Source of the DNA: an uncultured virus (IMG/VR IMGVR_UViG_3300023054_000005) | Taxonomy: Duplodnaviria; Heunggongvirae; Uroviricota; Caudoviricetes | Virus record (IMG/VR): IMGVR_UViG_3300023054_000005 | Direction: 5' to 3' (one strand) | Length of the DNA stretch: 64,000 nt | In this document: in pieces, positions 1 through 10,488 of the stretch | Numbering within the stretch: the stretch's first letter is position 1 | Layout of the letters: every line of letters starts with the position of its first letter | Notes under the pieces: model-generated | Database searches by the model: none | What the model was told of the DNA's origin: nothing | What the model saw: only the letters and a program-made list of their open reading frames with translations | Program-made: the position numbers and the translations under genes

Positions 1-74
1 TATACAACCAAGCATTATCAGCAGAAGAAGTAAAACAAAATTTTAACGCATACAAGAATAGATTTAACTTATAA
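1..74 (+). CDS. 3' end of upstream gene, likely LamG/concanavalin A-like virion protein (partial)
   Basis: Manual translation YNQALSAEEVKQNFNAYKNRFNL*; the YNxALSxxEV tail is typical of LamG-like domains. Confidence 0.6.
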   Translation, partial: YNQALSAEEVKQNFNAYKNRFNL

Positions 75-123
75 ACGTATATTTATAATCGTACCTTTTG
101 GACAATGAAAAAAGGATAAAACT

Positions 124-3100
124 ATGGCAAACGAATTTAAAGTAAAAAATGGCCTTATTGTTGGAGGCGATTCTACATTTTCAGGAAATATAACAATTCC
201 TCAAACAGCAGCAACAACAGACACAGACAAATTTGCTGTTTTAGACAACGGTATAATAAAATTTAGGACAGGTGCCCAGGTGCTATCTGATATAGGAGCA
301 CAAGTAACAGGTAGTTACGATAACTACGTTTCTTGGACTTTACAAGCACAAAACAGTGCCGGAGCTTCTTTAGGTACTTCTCCAATTACAAGTGGAGATA
401 CTGCTATTTTTAAAGCAGGTACAAATGTTACTTTAGCTTGGGCGGATGATAGTATTACGATAAACTCAACTGACCAATTCACAGGTACTATAACAGGAAC
501 AGGTGAAAATAATCAAGTAGCAATATGGAATGGTACAACAACTCAATATTCAAGTGCAAATTTAACATTTAATGGTACTACTCTTACTATAGGAGGTAAT
601 ATTAATACAGGTCAAGGTGCAACTGAAGTTCATTTAATGGACCAAAACATTCGTACAACAGATGCTGTAACCTTCACAACGGTAAATACGGGACAAGGTG
701 CAACTGAAGTCCATCTAATGAACCAAAATGTTCGTACAACAGATGCTGTAACTTTTTCAAATGTGTTAGCTACTGGTTTTGTGGGTAATAACACAAAACC
801 AACTAGAGATAAGTTAAGAGTATGGAATGATTCAACTTATACTATGGGTTTTAAGAGTGGATATTCCTTTGGTCATTTAGGTGAAGGCAGCACAGACTAT
901 GCTATGTCTTTCCAGATGAGTAATACAGACGCTAGAGGTTTTTGGTGGGGAGATAGTGCACATACAGATGCACAAGGTGCGATGTCTTTGACCACTACTG
1001 GTAAAGCTAATATTGCCAAATCACTATCTATAGGAGAAGGTGAAAGTATAACATCCCCTTCTACGACTCCGCTATATGTACAAGGCTCAGGCTCAATCAT
1101 ATTAGACATACAAGGCTCACAAGGTCAATTATTCTCGGTAACAGACGATTTAACAGGAGATATCTTCACAGTCTCTGACATTTCCGGGATACCTATCCTA
1201 AACGTAAATGCAGATGGTACAACAACACAAGATGGAAATCTAATAGTTAGTGGAAGTGTAGAGGTGACAGGTAATGTTATTGCCCCTTCTTTTACGGGTT
1301 CATTGCAAGGTAATGCAAATAGTGCTACTCAAGTTTCAATTGTAGATGCATCCGCAGATACTACTACTTTTGTAGTTTTGGCAGGTGATGCAACCGGAGT
1401 ACAAACTTTAGAAAGTGACGCAGGTTTAACATACAATGCATCATCCAACGCTTTATCAGCAACAACTTTTGTTGGAACATTATCAGGAACTGCAAACCAA
1501 ACGGCACAATCCGTTACTTTTAACAATGTTGGGGCCGGGGAGGTTTCGGGGACAACTTTTAACGGTTCTACTGCTAGAACTATTTCATACAATACAATTG
1601 GAGCACAAGCAGCAGGAAGTTACGATAACTACGTTTCTTGGACTTTACAAGCACAAAACAGTGCCGGAGCTTCTTTAGGTACTTCTCCAATTACAAGTGG
1701 AGATACTGCTATTTTTAAAGCAGGTACAAATGTTACTTTAGCTTGGGCGGATGATAGTATTACGATAAACTCAACTGACCAATTCACAGGTACTGTAACA
1801 GGAACAGGTGAAAATAACAGATTAGCTATTTGGAACGGAAATGCAGCTATAGATTCTGATTCTGATTTTTATGTTGATGGTGATACAATTTTCACTACTA
1901 ATTTAGAAGCCAGTGGTTTAGTAAGCGCTTTAGGAGGTAACTCTACACAATGGAACACAGCTTATACAGATAGATTGAAATGGGATGGTGGTGTAACTGG
2001 ATTAGTAGCCGCAACAGGTAGAGCATCTTTAGGGGGTACTACCATTGGGTCAAACATGTTTACTCTTATAAATCCAAGTGCTATTACATTTCCAAGATTT
2101 AATGCAAACAATACTGTAAGCGCTTTAAATGCCGCTGATTTTAGAACAGCAATTGGAGCAGGTACAAGTTCTTCAAGTGGTGTAACAAGTGTTATAGCAG
2201 GAACCGGATTAACTGGAGGAGGTACAAGCGGAGCAGTTACATTAAATGTAGCAGCTAGTACGTATACTCCTTTTAATGACATAAGATCATTAGGTACAAA
2301 TGCCTTTACTAATGGGGCCAATTCAGTTATTACTACTGCTCAAGTAATGGCAGAAATAGAGGCTGATGGTGGATTTGATTCATACTCTTCAGTTTTCAAA
2401 ACATCTTGGAGTTATGCAGGTAATTATAATTTAACAGATGCTGGTTATTTTACAGAAACAGCGGGATCTTCTTGGTTAACATGGACGGATAATTCAAGTG
2501 ATTCTACTAGGGGTAACATAACAACATTAGCTATAGCACCAAATACAGGTGGTTCAGCTGGAGGAGTTTTTATATATAATGATCAAGGGGCAGGCTATTC
2601 TCCAGGATGGAGACAAGTTTGGACCAGTACTACTGACGGGGCTGGTTCAGGTCTTGATGCTGATAAGTTAGACGGTCTTGAAGGTTCGGCTTATTATCTT
2701 GATAGTAATCCTGATAGTTTCACCTCTAACGTAGGTACCGTAACAGGAACAGGTACTACAAACTATTTACCTAAATTTACAGGAACTACTGCTTTAGGGA
2801 ATAGCTTAGTTTATGATAATGGAACTAACGTTGGCATTGGGACGACTAGTCCTTTCGGTAAGTTAGATGTTGCTGGAAATATAAGACTTCAAAGCGCTAA
2901 CCGAATTTATTTTGGAGGAACAGGTTCAATACCTTATTGGAACGTAGGAGTTCAAAATACTACTACTAATAATTTTGAAATAGGAGGTCAATCTTATTAC
3001 TCAGGCGTCAGACATATATTATTAAACCCCGTTAATAACGGTAAAGTCGGGATCGGGACCACGAGTCCTAATGCTAAATTAGAAATAAAAGGCACCGGAA

Positions 3101-3816
3101 CCGGAGACAACACCCCCCAACTTATAATTGAGTCCGGCGGGACAGACAACAACTCTATAATACATTTTACAGATGATGGAGGTGGTCAGGTAAATGCAAT
3201 TGGGGCCTTAGAGGGAAATATGTTGACTTTTGCAGGTTCTACATCTTTAATATTTAAAACAAATACAGGTAGTATTCTGGGTAACACCAATACTAGGTTG
3301 ACCATAAACAGCTCAGGTGCTGTTTTTACATTACCGGTAGCTGGATCTTCATTTGTAAAAACTGGAGGAACATCTACTCAATTTTTGAAAGCGGATGGTT
3401 CTACAGATGCTAGAACTTTTCTAGTTAATGAGTCTGTATTGTATCACGAACACATAGCATTAAGTAACGAGACCACAGATTTAACTACAGGGACATCTAA
3501 AGTTACATTTAGAGCTCCTCGATCAATACTAGTAACAGGATTTAGAATAAGTTGTAATACGGCTCCAACTGGATCTACGATAATAGTAGATGTAAATAAA
3601 GGAGGAGTATCTATGTTATCTACTAAGCTGTCAATTGATGTTAGTGAAAAAACTAGTGTGACAGCCTCTTCTCAATCTGTTTTGATTACGGCATCCGCAG
3701 CTAATGCCGTTGATGATGACGTAGAAATAACTATTGACATTGATCAAGTTGGAAGCACAATAGCTGGAAAAGGATTAAAATTGATAATGTATTATACATT
3801 AGACCCACTTCTTTAA
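124..3816 (+). CDS. Long tail fibre / receptor-binding-like structural protein (1230 aa)
   Basis: Gly/Thr/Ser-rich, repeated GNVGIGTTSP-type motifs, internal duplications, next to sheath and tube genes, TATTTATA motif upstream. Confidence 0.75.
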   Translation: MANEFKVKNGLIVGGDSTFSGNITIPQTAATTDTDKFAVLDNGIIKFRTGAQVLSDIGAQVTGSYDNYVSWTLQAQNSAGASLGTSPITSGDTAIFKAGTNVTLAWADDSITINSTDQFTGTITGTGENNQVAIWNGTTTQYSSANLTFNGTTLTIGGNINTGQGATEVHLMDQNIRTTDAVTFTTVNTGQGATEVHLMNQNVRTTDAVTFSNVLATGFVGNNTKPTRDKLRVWNDSTYTMGFKSGYSFGHLGEGSTDYAMSFQMSNTDARGFWWGDSAHTDAQGAMSLTTTGKANIAKSLSIGEGESITSPSTTPLYVQGSGSIILDIQGSQGQLFSVTDDLTGDIFTVSDISGIPILNVNADGTTTQDGNLIVSGSVEVTGNVIAPSFTGSLQGNANSATQVSIVDASADTTTFVVLAGDATGVQTLESDAGLTYNASSNALSATTFVGTLSGTANQTAQSVTFNNVGAGEVSGTTFNGSTARTISYNTIGAQAAGSYDNYVSWTLQAQNSAGASLGTSPITSGDTAIFKAGTNVTLAWADDSITINSTDQFTGTVTGTGENNRLAIWNGNAAIDSDSDFYVDGDTIFTTNLEASGLVSALGGNSTQWNTAYTDRLKWDGGVTGLVAATGRASLGGTTIGSNMFTLINPSAITFPRFNANNTVSALNAADFRTAIGAGTSSSSGVTSVIAGTGLTGGGTSGAVTLNVAASTYTPFNDIRSLGTNAFTNGANSVITTAQVMAEIEADGGFDSYSSVFKTSWSYAGNYNLTDAGYFTETAGSSWLTWTDNSSDSTRGNITTLAIAPNTGGSAGGVFIYNDQGAGYSPGWRQVWTSTTDGAGSGLDADKLDGLEGSAYYLDSNPDSFTSNVGTVTGTGTTNYLPKFTGTTALGNSLVYDNGTNVGIGTTSPFGKLDVAGNIRLQSANRIYFGGTGSIPYWNVGVQNTTTNNFEIGGQSYYSGVRHILLNPVNNGKVGIGTTSPNAKLEIKGTGTGDNTPQLIIESGGTDNNSIIHFTDDGGGQVNAIGALEGNMLTFAGSTSLIFKTNTGSILGNTNTRLTINSSGAVFTLPVAGSSFVKTGGTSTQFLKADGSTDARTFLVNESVLYHEHIALSNETTDLTTGTSKVTFRAPRSILVTGFRISCNTAPTGSTIIVDVNKGGVSMLSTKLSIDVSEKTSVTASSQSVLITASAANAVDDDVEITIDIDQVGSTIAGKGLKLIMYYTLDPLL
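313..1794 (+). repeat. Identical 177-nt in-frame direct repeat inside the fibre gene (313-489 and 1618-1794)
   Basis: SYDNYVSWTLQAQNSAG...STDQFTGT occurs twice with identical DNA, 1305 nt apart. Confidence 0.9.
604..756 (+). repeat. Tandem 81-nt (27 aa) imperfect repeat in the fibre gene
   Basis: NTGQGATEVHLM(D/N)QN(I/V)RTTDAVTF occurs twice. Confidence 0.85.
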
Positions 3817-3836
3817 AATTAACAAATAAATAAATT

Positions 3837-4121
3837 ATGATAAATTCATTCATGTTCGCAGCAGCATTAACTTCTTTCTCATCGAGTGTGGGGAGTACTA
3901 GTCAAGGAACAACCTGCACTCAAACATTAAACCAAACATACTACCACAATGGGGCAAATACATTACCAGACGTGGGAGATACGGTCTACAGTGATTTAGC
4001 TGGAACTTCACCACTCTCTACAAATCACTATAGAAACAATTCTAGTGGTACTTTTAGAATTGAAGCCCCATCGTTTGGAAATCCCCAAACCGGGGTAGTG
4101 ATATCTACATCTTTATGTTAA
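3837..4121 (+). CDS. Hypothetical protein, possibly fibre-associated
   Basis: 94-aa ORF directly after the fibre gene with an A-rich start. Confidence 0.6.
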   Translation: MINSFMFAAALTSFSSSVGSTSQGTTCTQTLNQTYYHNGANTLPDVGDTVYSDLAGTSPLSTNHYRNNSSGTFRIEAPSFGNPQTGVVISTSLC

Positions 4122-4266
4122 GTATATTAGATACATCATATAAAGGCATAGTAAATAAAATAACTTGGAATATTGAAATATATTTAACATATTCAATTCA
4201 CATAAAGAATTAACAAGATTTTAATAGTATTAAATTTTAACCACACACAAAAACAATAAATAAAAC

Positions 4267-4605
4267 ATGATTACTTACAAATGGACCATAAACGCATTAG
4301 ATTGTAAAATAGATGAAGAGGGACTAGAAAATATCGTCCAAACAATCCACTGGAGATATAGTGGAACAGACGAAAATAGTTTATCCGCTGAAATATACGG
4401 AGCACAATCTGTTGGAACACCTAATCCTGAAGATTTTACACCTTTTACTGAACTTACTGAAGAGCAAGTAACAGGATGGTTGGAAGGTCAATTGGATATG
4501 GAATCAATGCAAGAAAATATTTCAAATCAAATTACAATTAAAGTAACTCCTGTAAATGTAGTATTACCTACTCCTTGGAATACACTTGTAGAAGAAACTT
4601 TATAA
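4267..4605 (+). CDS. Conserved phage protein, possible fibre assembly factor
   Basis: 112-aa acidic ORF with motifs (YKWTI, TIHWRY, FTPFTELTEEQVTGW, PW) common next to phage fibre genes. Confidence 0.6.
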   Translation: MITYKWTINALDCKIDEEGLENIVQTIHWRYSGTDENSLSAEIYGAQSVGTPNPEDFTPFTELTEEQVTGWLEGQLDMESMQENISNQITIKVTPVNVVLPTPWNTLVEETL

Positions 4606-4675
4606 AATAATTTGGAATATTGAAATATATTTAGTATATTCAATCCACAGAAAAAATAATCAAATTTAAAACAAA

Positions 4676-4927
4676 ATGGAAACAACAAATTTAACAGAAA
4701 AAGAATTACAAGAGTTAAAAGACATCCAAGTTAATTCGAATCAAATTACCATGTCATTAGGACAGGTAGAAGTTCAAAAAGCTATCTTAGAAGGTCAAAA
4801 AAATGATTTACTTAACAAACTCGCAGATTTACAAGAATCCCAAAACAAGTTAGGTAAAGATCTACAAGAAAAATACGGTATTGGTAATATAAATATTGAA
4901 ACTGGGGAATTTACCAAAGTAGAATAG
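4676..4927 (+). CDS. Small coiled-coil hypothetical protein
   Basis: 83 aa, heptad-rich, ends KYGIGNINIETGEF; has its own promoter motif. Confidence 0.65.
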   Translation: METTNLTEKELQELKDIQVNSNQITMSLGQVEVQKAILEGQKNDLLNKLADLQESQNKLGKDLQEKYGIGNINIETGEFTKVE

Positions 4928-4947
4928 TTTTTTAAGCTCTTGTGTCA

Positions 4948-4955
4948 TATTTATA
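4948..4955 (+). promoter_or_regulatory. Representative of the TATTTATA candidate late-promoter motif
   Basis: TATTTATA lies shortly upstream of starts at 80, 4948, 6724, 10465, 12737, 28474, 30368 and 63656. Confidence 0.7.
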
Positions 4956-4989
4956 ATAAACAAAAACAAAACTTTAATCATATTATAAA

Positions 4990-6708
4990 ATGGCAGAAAC
5001 TTTATTATCTCCAGGCGTTTTAGCAAGGGAAAATGACAAATCCCAGATTACACAAGGTCCAGTAGAAGTTGGAGCAGCAATTATTGGTCCAACTTCTAGA
5101 GGTCCCGTTGAAATCCCAACTATTGTTACTTCATACAGCCAGTATACATCTGTATTTGGTACTACTGTAGAAAGTGGATCAAACGTGTATTCTTATCTAA
5201 CTTCGATTGCAGCAAACAACTACTTCCAAAATGGGGGTAATTCATTATTAGTAACCAGAGTAACTTCAGGTTCATTCTCACCTGCAACATCTACTACCAT
5301 ATCTAATGGTGAGGCTGTTGAGGCATTTGCATTAGAAACTATATCTGAGGGTATTATTATGAATAGTACTAGCACGGAATCTGCAAATGGTTCTTTAGAA
5401 TTAGGTTCAGCAGATAATATTAGATGGGAAATTGCTTCATCAAATGCAAAATCCGGAACTTTTAGTTTATTAATCCGTAGAGGAAACGATAACAACAAAC
5501 AAAAATCAGTATTAGAATCTTACAACAACCTATCATTAGACCCTTATTCCTCAAATTATATTTCAAAAGTAATTGGAGATATGGATCAAACCTTAAAAAC
5601 AGATGATGGGTATTACATCCAAGAAGTAGGTTCATACCCTAATGCCTCTAGATATGTAAGAGTAAAATCTGTAAATAAACCAACTCCTAATTACTTTGAT
5701 AATGATGGTACTGTAAAAGATACGTACATTGACTTCATGCCAGCTATAGCTTCAGGTTCATTTGAAGGTGCTGCTGGTTCCAATGAAACTACTAACAGTG
5801 GTGGAAATCAATTTTATACTTCTATTAGTAATATAGATACTCAAGGTTTAGTAGGATCAGATTACGATAAGGCTATTGCATTACTTTCAAATGTTGATGA
5901 TTATAAGTTTAACATAATCTCAGTACCGGGTTTGATAAGTAAATTACCAAACCACGCTACCCAAATCACAAACTTAGTTAATAATAGTATTAGTAGGGGA
6001 GATAATATCTCAATAATAGATTTAACGGTTTATGATGCTGTGTCTTCTCAGGCTATTACTGCCGCTTCGGGATTTGATAATAGTTACGCTGCTACATATT
6101 GGCCATGGGTTCAGACAGTTGACCCAAATACAGGCCAATTACAATTCGTCCCAGCATCAACTATGATTCCTGGAGTATACGCATACACTGACGCAACAAG
6201 TGAACCTTGGTTCGCACCTGCAGGTGTTACAAGAGGTGGTTTAGGTCAGGTAGTTAGAGCTGCAAAGAAAATTACAGCGGGACAAAGAGATGCTTTATAC
6301 GGGGCTAATGTAAACCCAATAGCCACATTCCCAGGAACTGGGGTGGTAGTATTTGGACAGAAAACTCTACAGAAAAGGTCTAGTGCTTTAGATAGAGTAA
6401 ACGTAAGAAGATTGTTAATTTCTTTGAAATCATATATTTCTCAAGTTGCGGATACTTTAGTATTTGAACAAAACACTCTTGCAACCCGAAATAATTTCTT
6501 ATCTCAAGTTAACCCATATTTAGAAAGTGTTCAACAACGTCAAGGTTTATATACTTTTAAAGTGGTAATGGATGATACAAATAATACCGCCGATGTTATT
6601 GATAGAAATGAATTATTAGGTCAAATATTCATTCAGCCAACTAAAACAGCTGAATTCATTATATTAGACTTTAATGTGTTACCAACGGGAGCAACATTCC
6701 CTTCATAA
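4990..6708 (+). CDS. Contractile tail sheath protein (T4 gp18-like)
   Basis: N-terminal SPGV, YWPW, PWFAPAG..RG, VFGQKTL, RVNVRRL and PTKTAEFI motifs. Confidence 0.95.
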   Translation: MAETLLSPGVLARENDKSQITQGPVEVGAAIIGPTSRGPVEIPTIVTSYSQYTSVFGTTVESGSNVYSYLTSIAANNYFQNGGNSLLVTRVTSGSFSPATSTTISNGEAVEAFALETISEGIIMNSTSTESANGSLELGSADNIRWEIASSNAKSGTFSLLIRRGNDNNKQKSVLESYNNLSLDPYSSNYISKVIGDMDQTLKTDDGYYIQEVGSYPNASRYVRVKSVNKPTPNYFDNDGTVKDTYIDFMPAIASGSFEGAAGSNETTNSGGNQFYTSISNIDTQGLVGSDYDKAIALLSNVDDYKFNIISVPGLISKLPNHATQITNLVNNSISRGDNISIIDLTVYDAVSSQAITAASGFDNSYAATYWPWVQTVDPNTGQLQFVPASTMIPGVYAYTDATSEPWFAPAGVTRGGLGQVVRAAKKITAGQRDALYGANVNPIATFPGTGVVVFGQKTLQKRSSALDRVNVRRLLISLKSYISQVADTLVFEQNTLATRNNFLSQVNPYLESVQQRQGLYTFKVVMDDTNNTADVIDRNELLGQIFIQPTKTAEFIILDFNVLPTGATFPS

Positions 6709-6753
6709 GATCTAACTTTAATATATTTATAACAAAATAAAAACATATAAAAA

Positions 6754-7242
6754 ATGGCAGTATTAGACCCAAACGAAATATTTTATACCTCCTTCGAACC
6801 TAAACAAAAGAATAGGTTTATAATGTACATGGATGGTTTTCCATCATACATTGTAAAAGGAATGGGAGCCGTAACTTTAACCCAAGGAACCGTAGCTCTT
6901 AACCATATTAACGTTGAAAGATATGTAAAAGGTAAAACTAAATGGGGAACTATCCAGTTCACATTGTTTGACCCAATCACACCTTCAGGTGCACAATCAG
7001 TAATGGAATGGGTAAGATTACATCACGAATCTGTAACTGGTAGAGATGGTTATAGTGATTTCTATAAAAAAGATTTAACATTTAACGTGTTAGGTCCTGT
7101 AGGAGATGTAGTATCAGAATGGATCATCAAAGGAGCATTAATTACAGATGCTAGTTTTGGAGAGTATAACTGGGATACTGAAAATGCTGCTCAAGAAATT
7201 ACAATGACAGTTCAACCTGATTATTGCGTGTTAAATTTCTAA
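6754..7242 (+). CDS. Tail tube protein (T4 gp19-like)
   Basis: 162 aa directly after the sheath gene; EPKQKNRF, YKKD and W.IKGA motifs. Confidence 0.88.
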   Translation: MAVLDPNEIFYTSFEPKQKNRFIMYMDGFPSYIVKGMGAVTLTQGTVALNHINVERYVKGKTKWGTIQFTLFDPITPSGAQSVMEWVRLHHESVTGRDGYSDFYKKDLTFNVLGPVGDVVSEWIIKGALITDASFGEYNWDTENAAQEITMTVQPDYCVLNF

Positions 7243-7269
7243 AATTATACTTACAATTAATCTTAAATT

Positions 7270-7296
7270 GGCTTGGCTTTATAGCCAAGCCTTTTT
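7270..7296 (+). terminator. Intrinsic terminator overlapping a promoter motif
   Basis: GGCTTGGCT-ttat-AGCCAAGCC followed by TTTTT. Confidence 0.75.
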
Positions 7297-7307
7297 ATAT
7301 TTAACAA

Positions 7308-7955
7308 ATGATAAAACTACTAGACATACTCGAAAATAAAATATTAGTACCTCGTCGTTCTGCTGAAGAACGTGCTAATAATTTTTTAATTGCTACCCAA
7401 AAAAAAATACAACAATATATTAAAAATGGAGGAAAAGGAGAACTAGACCTATCAAATTCACCTATAACCTCTCTACCTAATAATTTACAAGTAGGAGGAG
7501 GTTTAGTTTTACGAAATACTAAAATAACTTCTCTACCTGATAATTTAAAAGTAGGAGGAGATTTATGGGTATCTAATACCCCAATTACCTCTCTACCTGA
7601 TAATTTAAAAGTAGGAGGATATTTATGGGTAGCTAATACCCCAATTACCTCTCTACCTTATAATTTAAAAGTAGGAGGAGATTTATGGGTAGATAATACC
7701 CCAATTACCTCTCTACCTGATAATTTAAAAGTAGGAGGATATTTAGGGGTAGCTAATACCCCAATTACCTCTCTACCTGATAATTTAGAAGTAGGAGGTT
7801 ATCTTTATTTAAATGATACCTCAATAACCACCCTACCTCAAGGTTTAAAAGTAGGAGGTTATCTTAATTTAAGAAATACCCCCATTTCTAAAAAATACTC
7901 TAAAGAAGAAATCAAAAAAATGGTACCTGGAGTAAAAGGAAATATCTTTATTTAA
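7308..7955 (+). CDS. Leucine-rich-repeat-like protein, copy 1
   Basis: About 7 tandem 20-aa repeats NTPITSLPDNLKVGGxLxx. Confidence 0.8.
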   Translation: MIKLLDILENKILVPRRSAEERANNFLIATQKKIQQYIKNGGKGELDLSNSPITSLPNNLQVGGGLVLRNTKITSLPDNLKVGGDLWVSNTPITSLPDNLKVGGYLWVANTPITSLPYNLKVGGDLWVDNTPITSLPDNLKVGGYLGVANTPITSLPDNLEVGGYLYLNDTSITTLPQGLKVGGYLNLRNTPISKKYSKEEIKKMVPGVKGNIFI

Positions 7956-7967
7956 AAAATTTATATT

Positions 7968-8717
7968 ATGAAATTTAACAACTCAAAACTACTTACCGAA
8001 AACAAACATTCCATATTAGAGAATGTAAAACAAGCAAAACAATACGTTGATTCAGGTAAATTAACGAATGACGAACTTAAGACATTGGTTGATACTGACC
8101 CAACTCCAACACGTAAATACGTTGGATGGATGGCAAAACAATGGGTAAATAAACAAGTTACAGACATAGATGATTTACGGAATACTATTGAAGAATTTAA
8201 TACTTTCCTAGAAAAAGGTAAAACTAAAACTAAGGATATTTACCAAATTAAATCCTTTAAAGATCTATCCGATGAAGTAGACCAAATCAACAAAACAGGA
8301 GAAGGAGTATCCGTTAAAGACTTAGAATCTGACTACGACACAGTACTAGACAACTCCGATTTACTTATAATGTCACCACACACACATGAAGCCTCTCGTA
8401 AATTAGGATTATCACAATTTGCATTCAGGGATTGCGGAGATGGTTCCAAAGACTCATCATGGTGTACTACATATAAAGCCCCAGACCACTTCAATGATTA
8501 TTACTACAAAAACAATGTAACTTTTTATTATATTAAAACAAAATCCCAACAAATGATAAAACAATTACAACAATCTTTTCCCAAAAAATGGAAAAACATG
8601 GTTGTTGTAGCTCTAGCGGTTTTAGATGGTGGTAAAATAGATGGATATGATGGTTTAGATAAACAAATTAAATCAAGTGATATTAAAACATATACCAACA
8701 TTATAGGTATTTCATAA
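7968..8717 (+). CDS. Hypothetical protein (249 aa) between the two identical LRR genes
   Basis: Full ORF containing DPTPTRKYVGWM and SWCTT motifs; function not recognised. Confidence 0.7.
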   Translation: MKFNNSKLLTENKHSILENVKQAKQYVDSGKLTNDELKTLVDTDPTPTRKYVGWMAKQWVNKQVTDIDDLRNTIEEFNTFLEKGKTKTKDIYQIKSFKDLSDEVDQINKTGEGVSVKDLESDYDTVLDNSDLLIMSPHTHEASRKLGLSQFAFRDCGDGSKDSSWCTTYKAPDHFNDYYYKNNVTFYYIKTKSQQMIKQLQQSFPKKWKNMVVVALAVLDGGKIDGYDGLDKQIKSSDIKTYTNIIGIS

Positions 8718-8718
8718 T

Positions 8719-9366
8719 ATGATAAAACTACTAGACATACTCGAAAATAAAATATTAGTACCTCGTCGTTCTGCTGAAGAACGTGCTAATAATTTTTTAA
8801 TTGCTACCCAAAAAAAAATACAACAATATATTAAAAATGGAGGAAAAGGAGAACTAGACCTATCAAATTCACCTATAACCTCTCTACCTAATAATTTACA
8901 AGTAGGAGGAGGTTTAGTTTTACGAAATACTAAAATAACTTCTCTACCTGATAATTTAAAAGTAGGAGGAGATTTATGGGTATCTAATACCCCAATTACC
9001 TCTCTACCTGATAATTTAAAAGTAGGAGGATATTTATGGGTAGCTAATACCCCAATTACCTCTCTACCTTATAATTTAAAAGTAGGAGGAGATTTATGGG
9101 TAGATAATACCCCAATTACCTCTCTACCTGATAATTTAAAAGTAGGAGGATATTTAGGGGTAGCTAATACCCCAATTACCTCTCTACCTGATAATTTAGA
9201 AGTAGGAGGTTATCTTTATTTAAATGATACCTCAATAACCACCCTACCTCAAGGTTTAAAAGTAGGAGGTTATCTTAATTTAAGAAATACCCCCATTTCT
9301 AAAAAATACTCTAAAGAAGAAATCAAAAAAATGGTACCTGGAGTAAAAGGAAATATCTTTATTTAA
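8719..9366 (+). CDS. Leucine-rich-repeat-like protein, copy 2 (identical to 7308-7955)
   Basis: Same 215-aa translation; no DNA differences seen. Confidence 0.8.
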   Translation: MIKLLDILENKILVPRRSAEERANNFLIATQKKIQQYIKNGGKGELDLSNSPITSLPNNLQVGGGLVLRNTKITSLPDNLKVGGDLWVSNTPITSLPDNLKVGGYLWVANTPITSLPYNLKVGGDLWVDNTPITSLPDNLKVGGYLGVANTPITSLPDNLEVGGYLYLNDTSITTLPQGLKVGGYLNLRNTPISKKYSKEEIKKMVPGVKGNIFI

Positions 9367-9445
9367 AAAACAGTTTGGATTCCTAACACTTCTTTCTTAT
9401 ATTAATATTTATCAACGATAAAAAAGTTATTAACTAATAAAGATT

Positions 9446-10171
9446 ATGGCCGAATTTAAATTCCCAACAGAAGAAATCGAATTACCCTCTAAAGGATTAA
9501 TATACCCTTTAGATAACCCACTTTCAAGTGGTAAAGTAGAGATTAAATATATGACCGCTAAGGAAGAAGATATTTTATCCAATCAATCCTACATCCAAAA
9601 AGGAAACGTATTAGACAAACTTTTAGAATCTGTTATTGTATCTAAAATAGACATCAAGGATTTAATCGTAGGAGATAAAAACGCAGTTTTAATTGCAACT
9701 CGTGTACTGGGGTATGGTAAAGATTATAAAGTAAACATCAAAGGTGAAGAACAAGTTATAGATTTATCTACACTTGAAAACAAACCATTAGATAAACCTT
9801 CAATTACTCAAGGAAAAAACGAATTCCATTTTACTCTACCAAACTCAGAAACTAAAATCACCTTTAAGATTTTAACGGGACATGATGAAATTAAAATCGA
9901 AAGAGAATTAGCAGGTTTAAAGAAATTAAACAAAGAATCTTCACCTGAACTCTCTACTCGTTTAAAATACATGATTACTTCCGTTGAAGGTGAAACAGGA
10001 ACAAAAGAAATTAGAGAATTTGTAGACAACTATTTACTTGCAAGAGATTCCAGAGCATTAAGAGAATATATTAGAAACAACCAACCAGATGTAGATCTAA
10101 ATTACGTTTTAGATAATGGAGAGGAGGTTATGGTCCCTATAGGACTTAGCTTTTTTTGGCCTGACATCTAG
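9446..10171 (+). CDS. Baseplate hub assembly protein (T4 gp26-like)
   Basis: ELPSKG..Y, MTAKEEDIL and terminal FFWP motifs. Confidence 0.75.
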   Translation: MAEFKFPTEEIELPSKGLIYPLDNPLSSGKVEIKYMTAKEEDILSNQSYIQKGNVLDKLLESVIVSKIDIKDLIVGDKNAVLIATRVLGYGKDYKVNIKGEEQVIDLSTLENKPLDKPSITQGKNEFHFTLPNSETKITFKILTGHDEIKIERELAGLKKLNKESSPELSTRLKYMITSVEGETGTKEIREFVDNYLLARDSRALREYIRNNQPDVDLNYVLDNGEEVMVPIGLSFFWPDI

Positions 10172-10184
10172 TATAGTACCCCAA

Positions 10185-10451
10185 GTGAGAATGAGTTTAT
10201 TCTCACAAATTCATCAAATTATATTTTATGGTAAGGGCGGATACGATTATGGTACAATATATAATATGCCAATATGGCTCCGTAAATTTACATTTAATGA
10301 AATTAAAAAATTTTATGAAGAAGAAAAATCAGCATCTGAAGGCAAAACACCAGAGGGTCAAACTAATTTAATAGGTCCAGATGGGAAAGTTAATGCACCC
10401 GAATTTGCAAAAGCTAGTGAACAGTATAAAGGGAAGAGCAGCTATAAATAG
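10185..10451 (+). CDS. Baseplate/tail assembly chaperone (gp51-like)
   Basis: IYNMPIWLRKF motif; follows the gp26-like gene. Confidence 0.55.
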   Translation: MRMSLFSQIHQIIFYGKGGYDYGTIYNMPIWLRKFTFNEIKKFYEEEKSASEGKTPEGQTNLIGPDGKVNAPEFAKASEQYKGKSSYK

Positions 10452-10488
10452 TTGCTCTTTTCTATATTTATAACATATACCAAATTAT

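Noticed and set aside
7440..7890. CRISPR-like periodic repeats
   Set aside because: They are 60-nt in-frame coding units without unique spacers.
7308..9366. Diversity-generating retroelement template/variable repeat pair
   Set aside because: The copies look identical, with no adenine-specific mismatches, and no reverse transcriptase is in the window.
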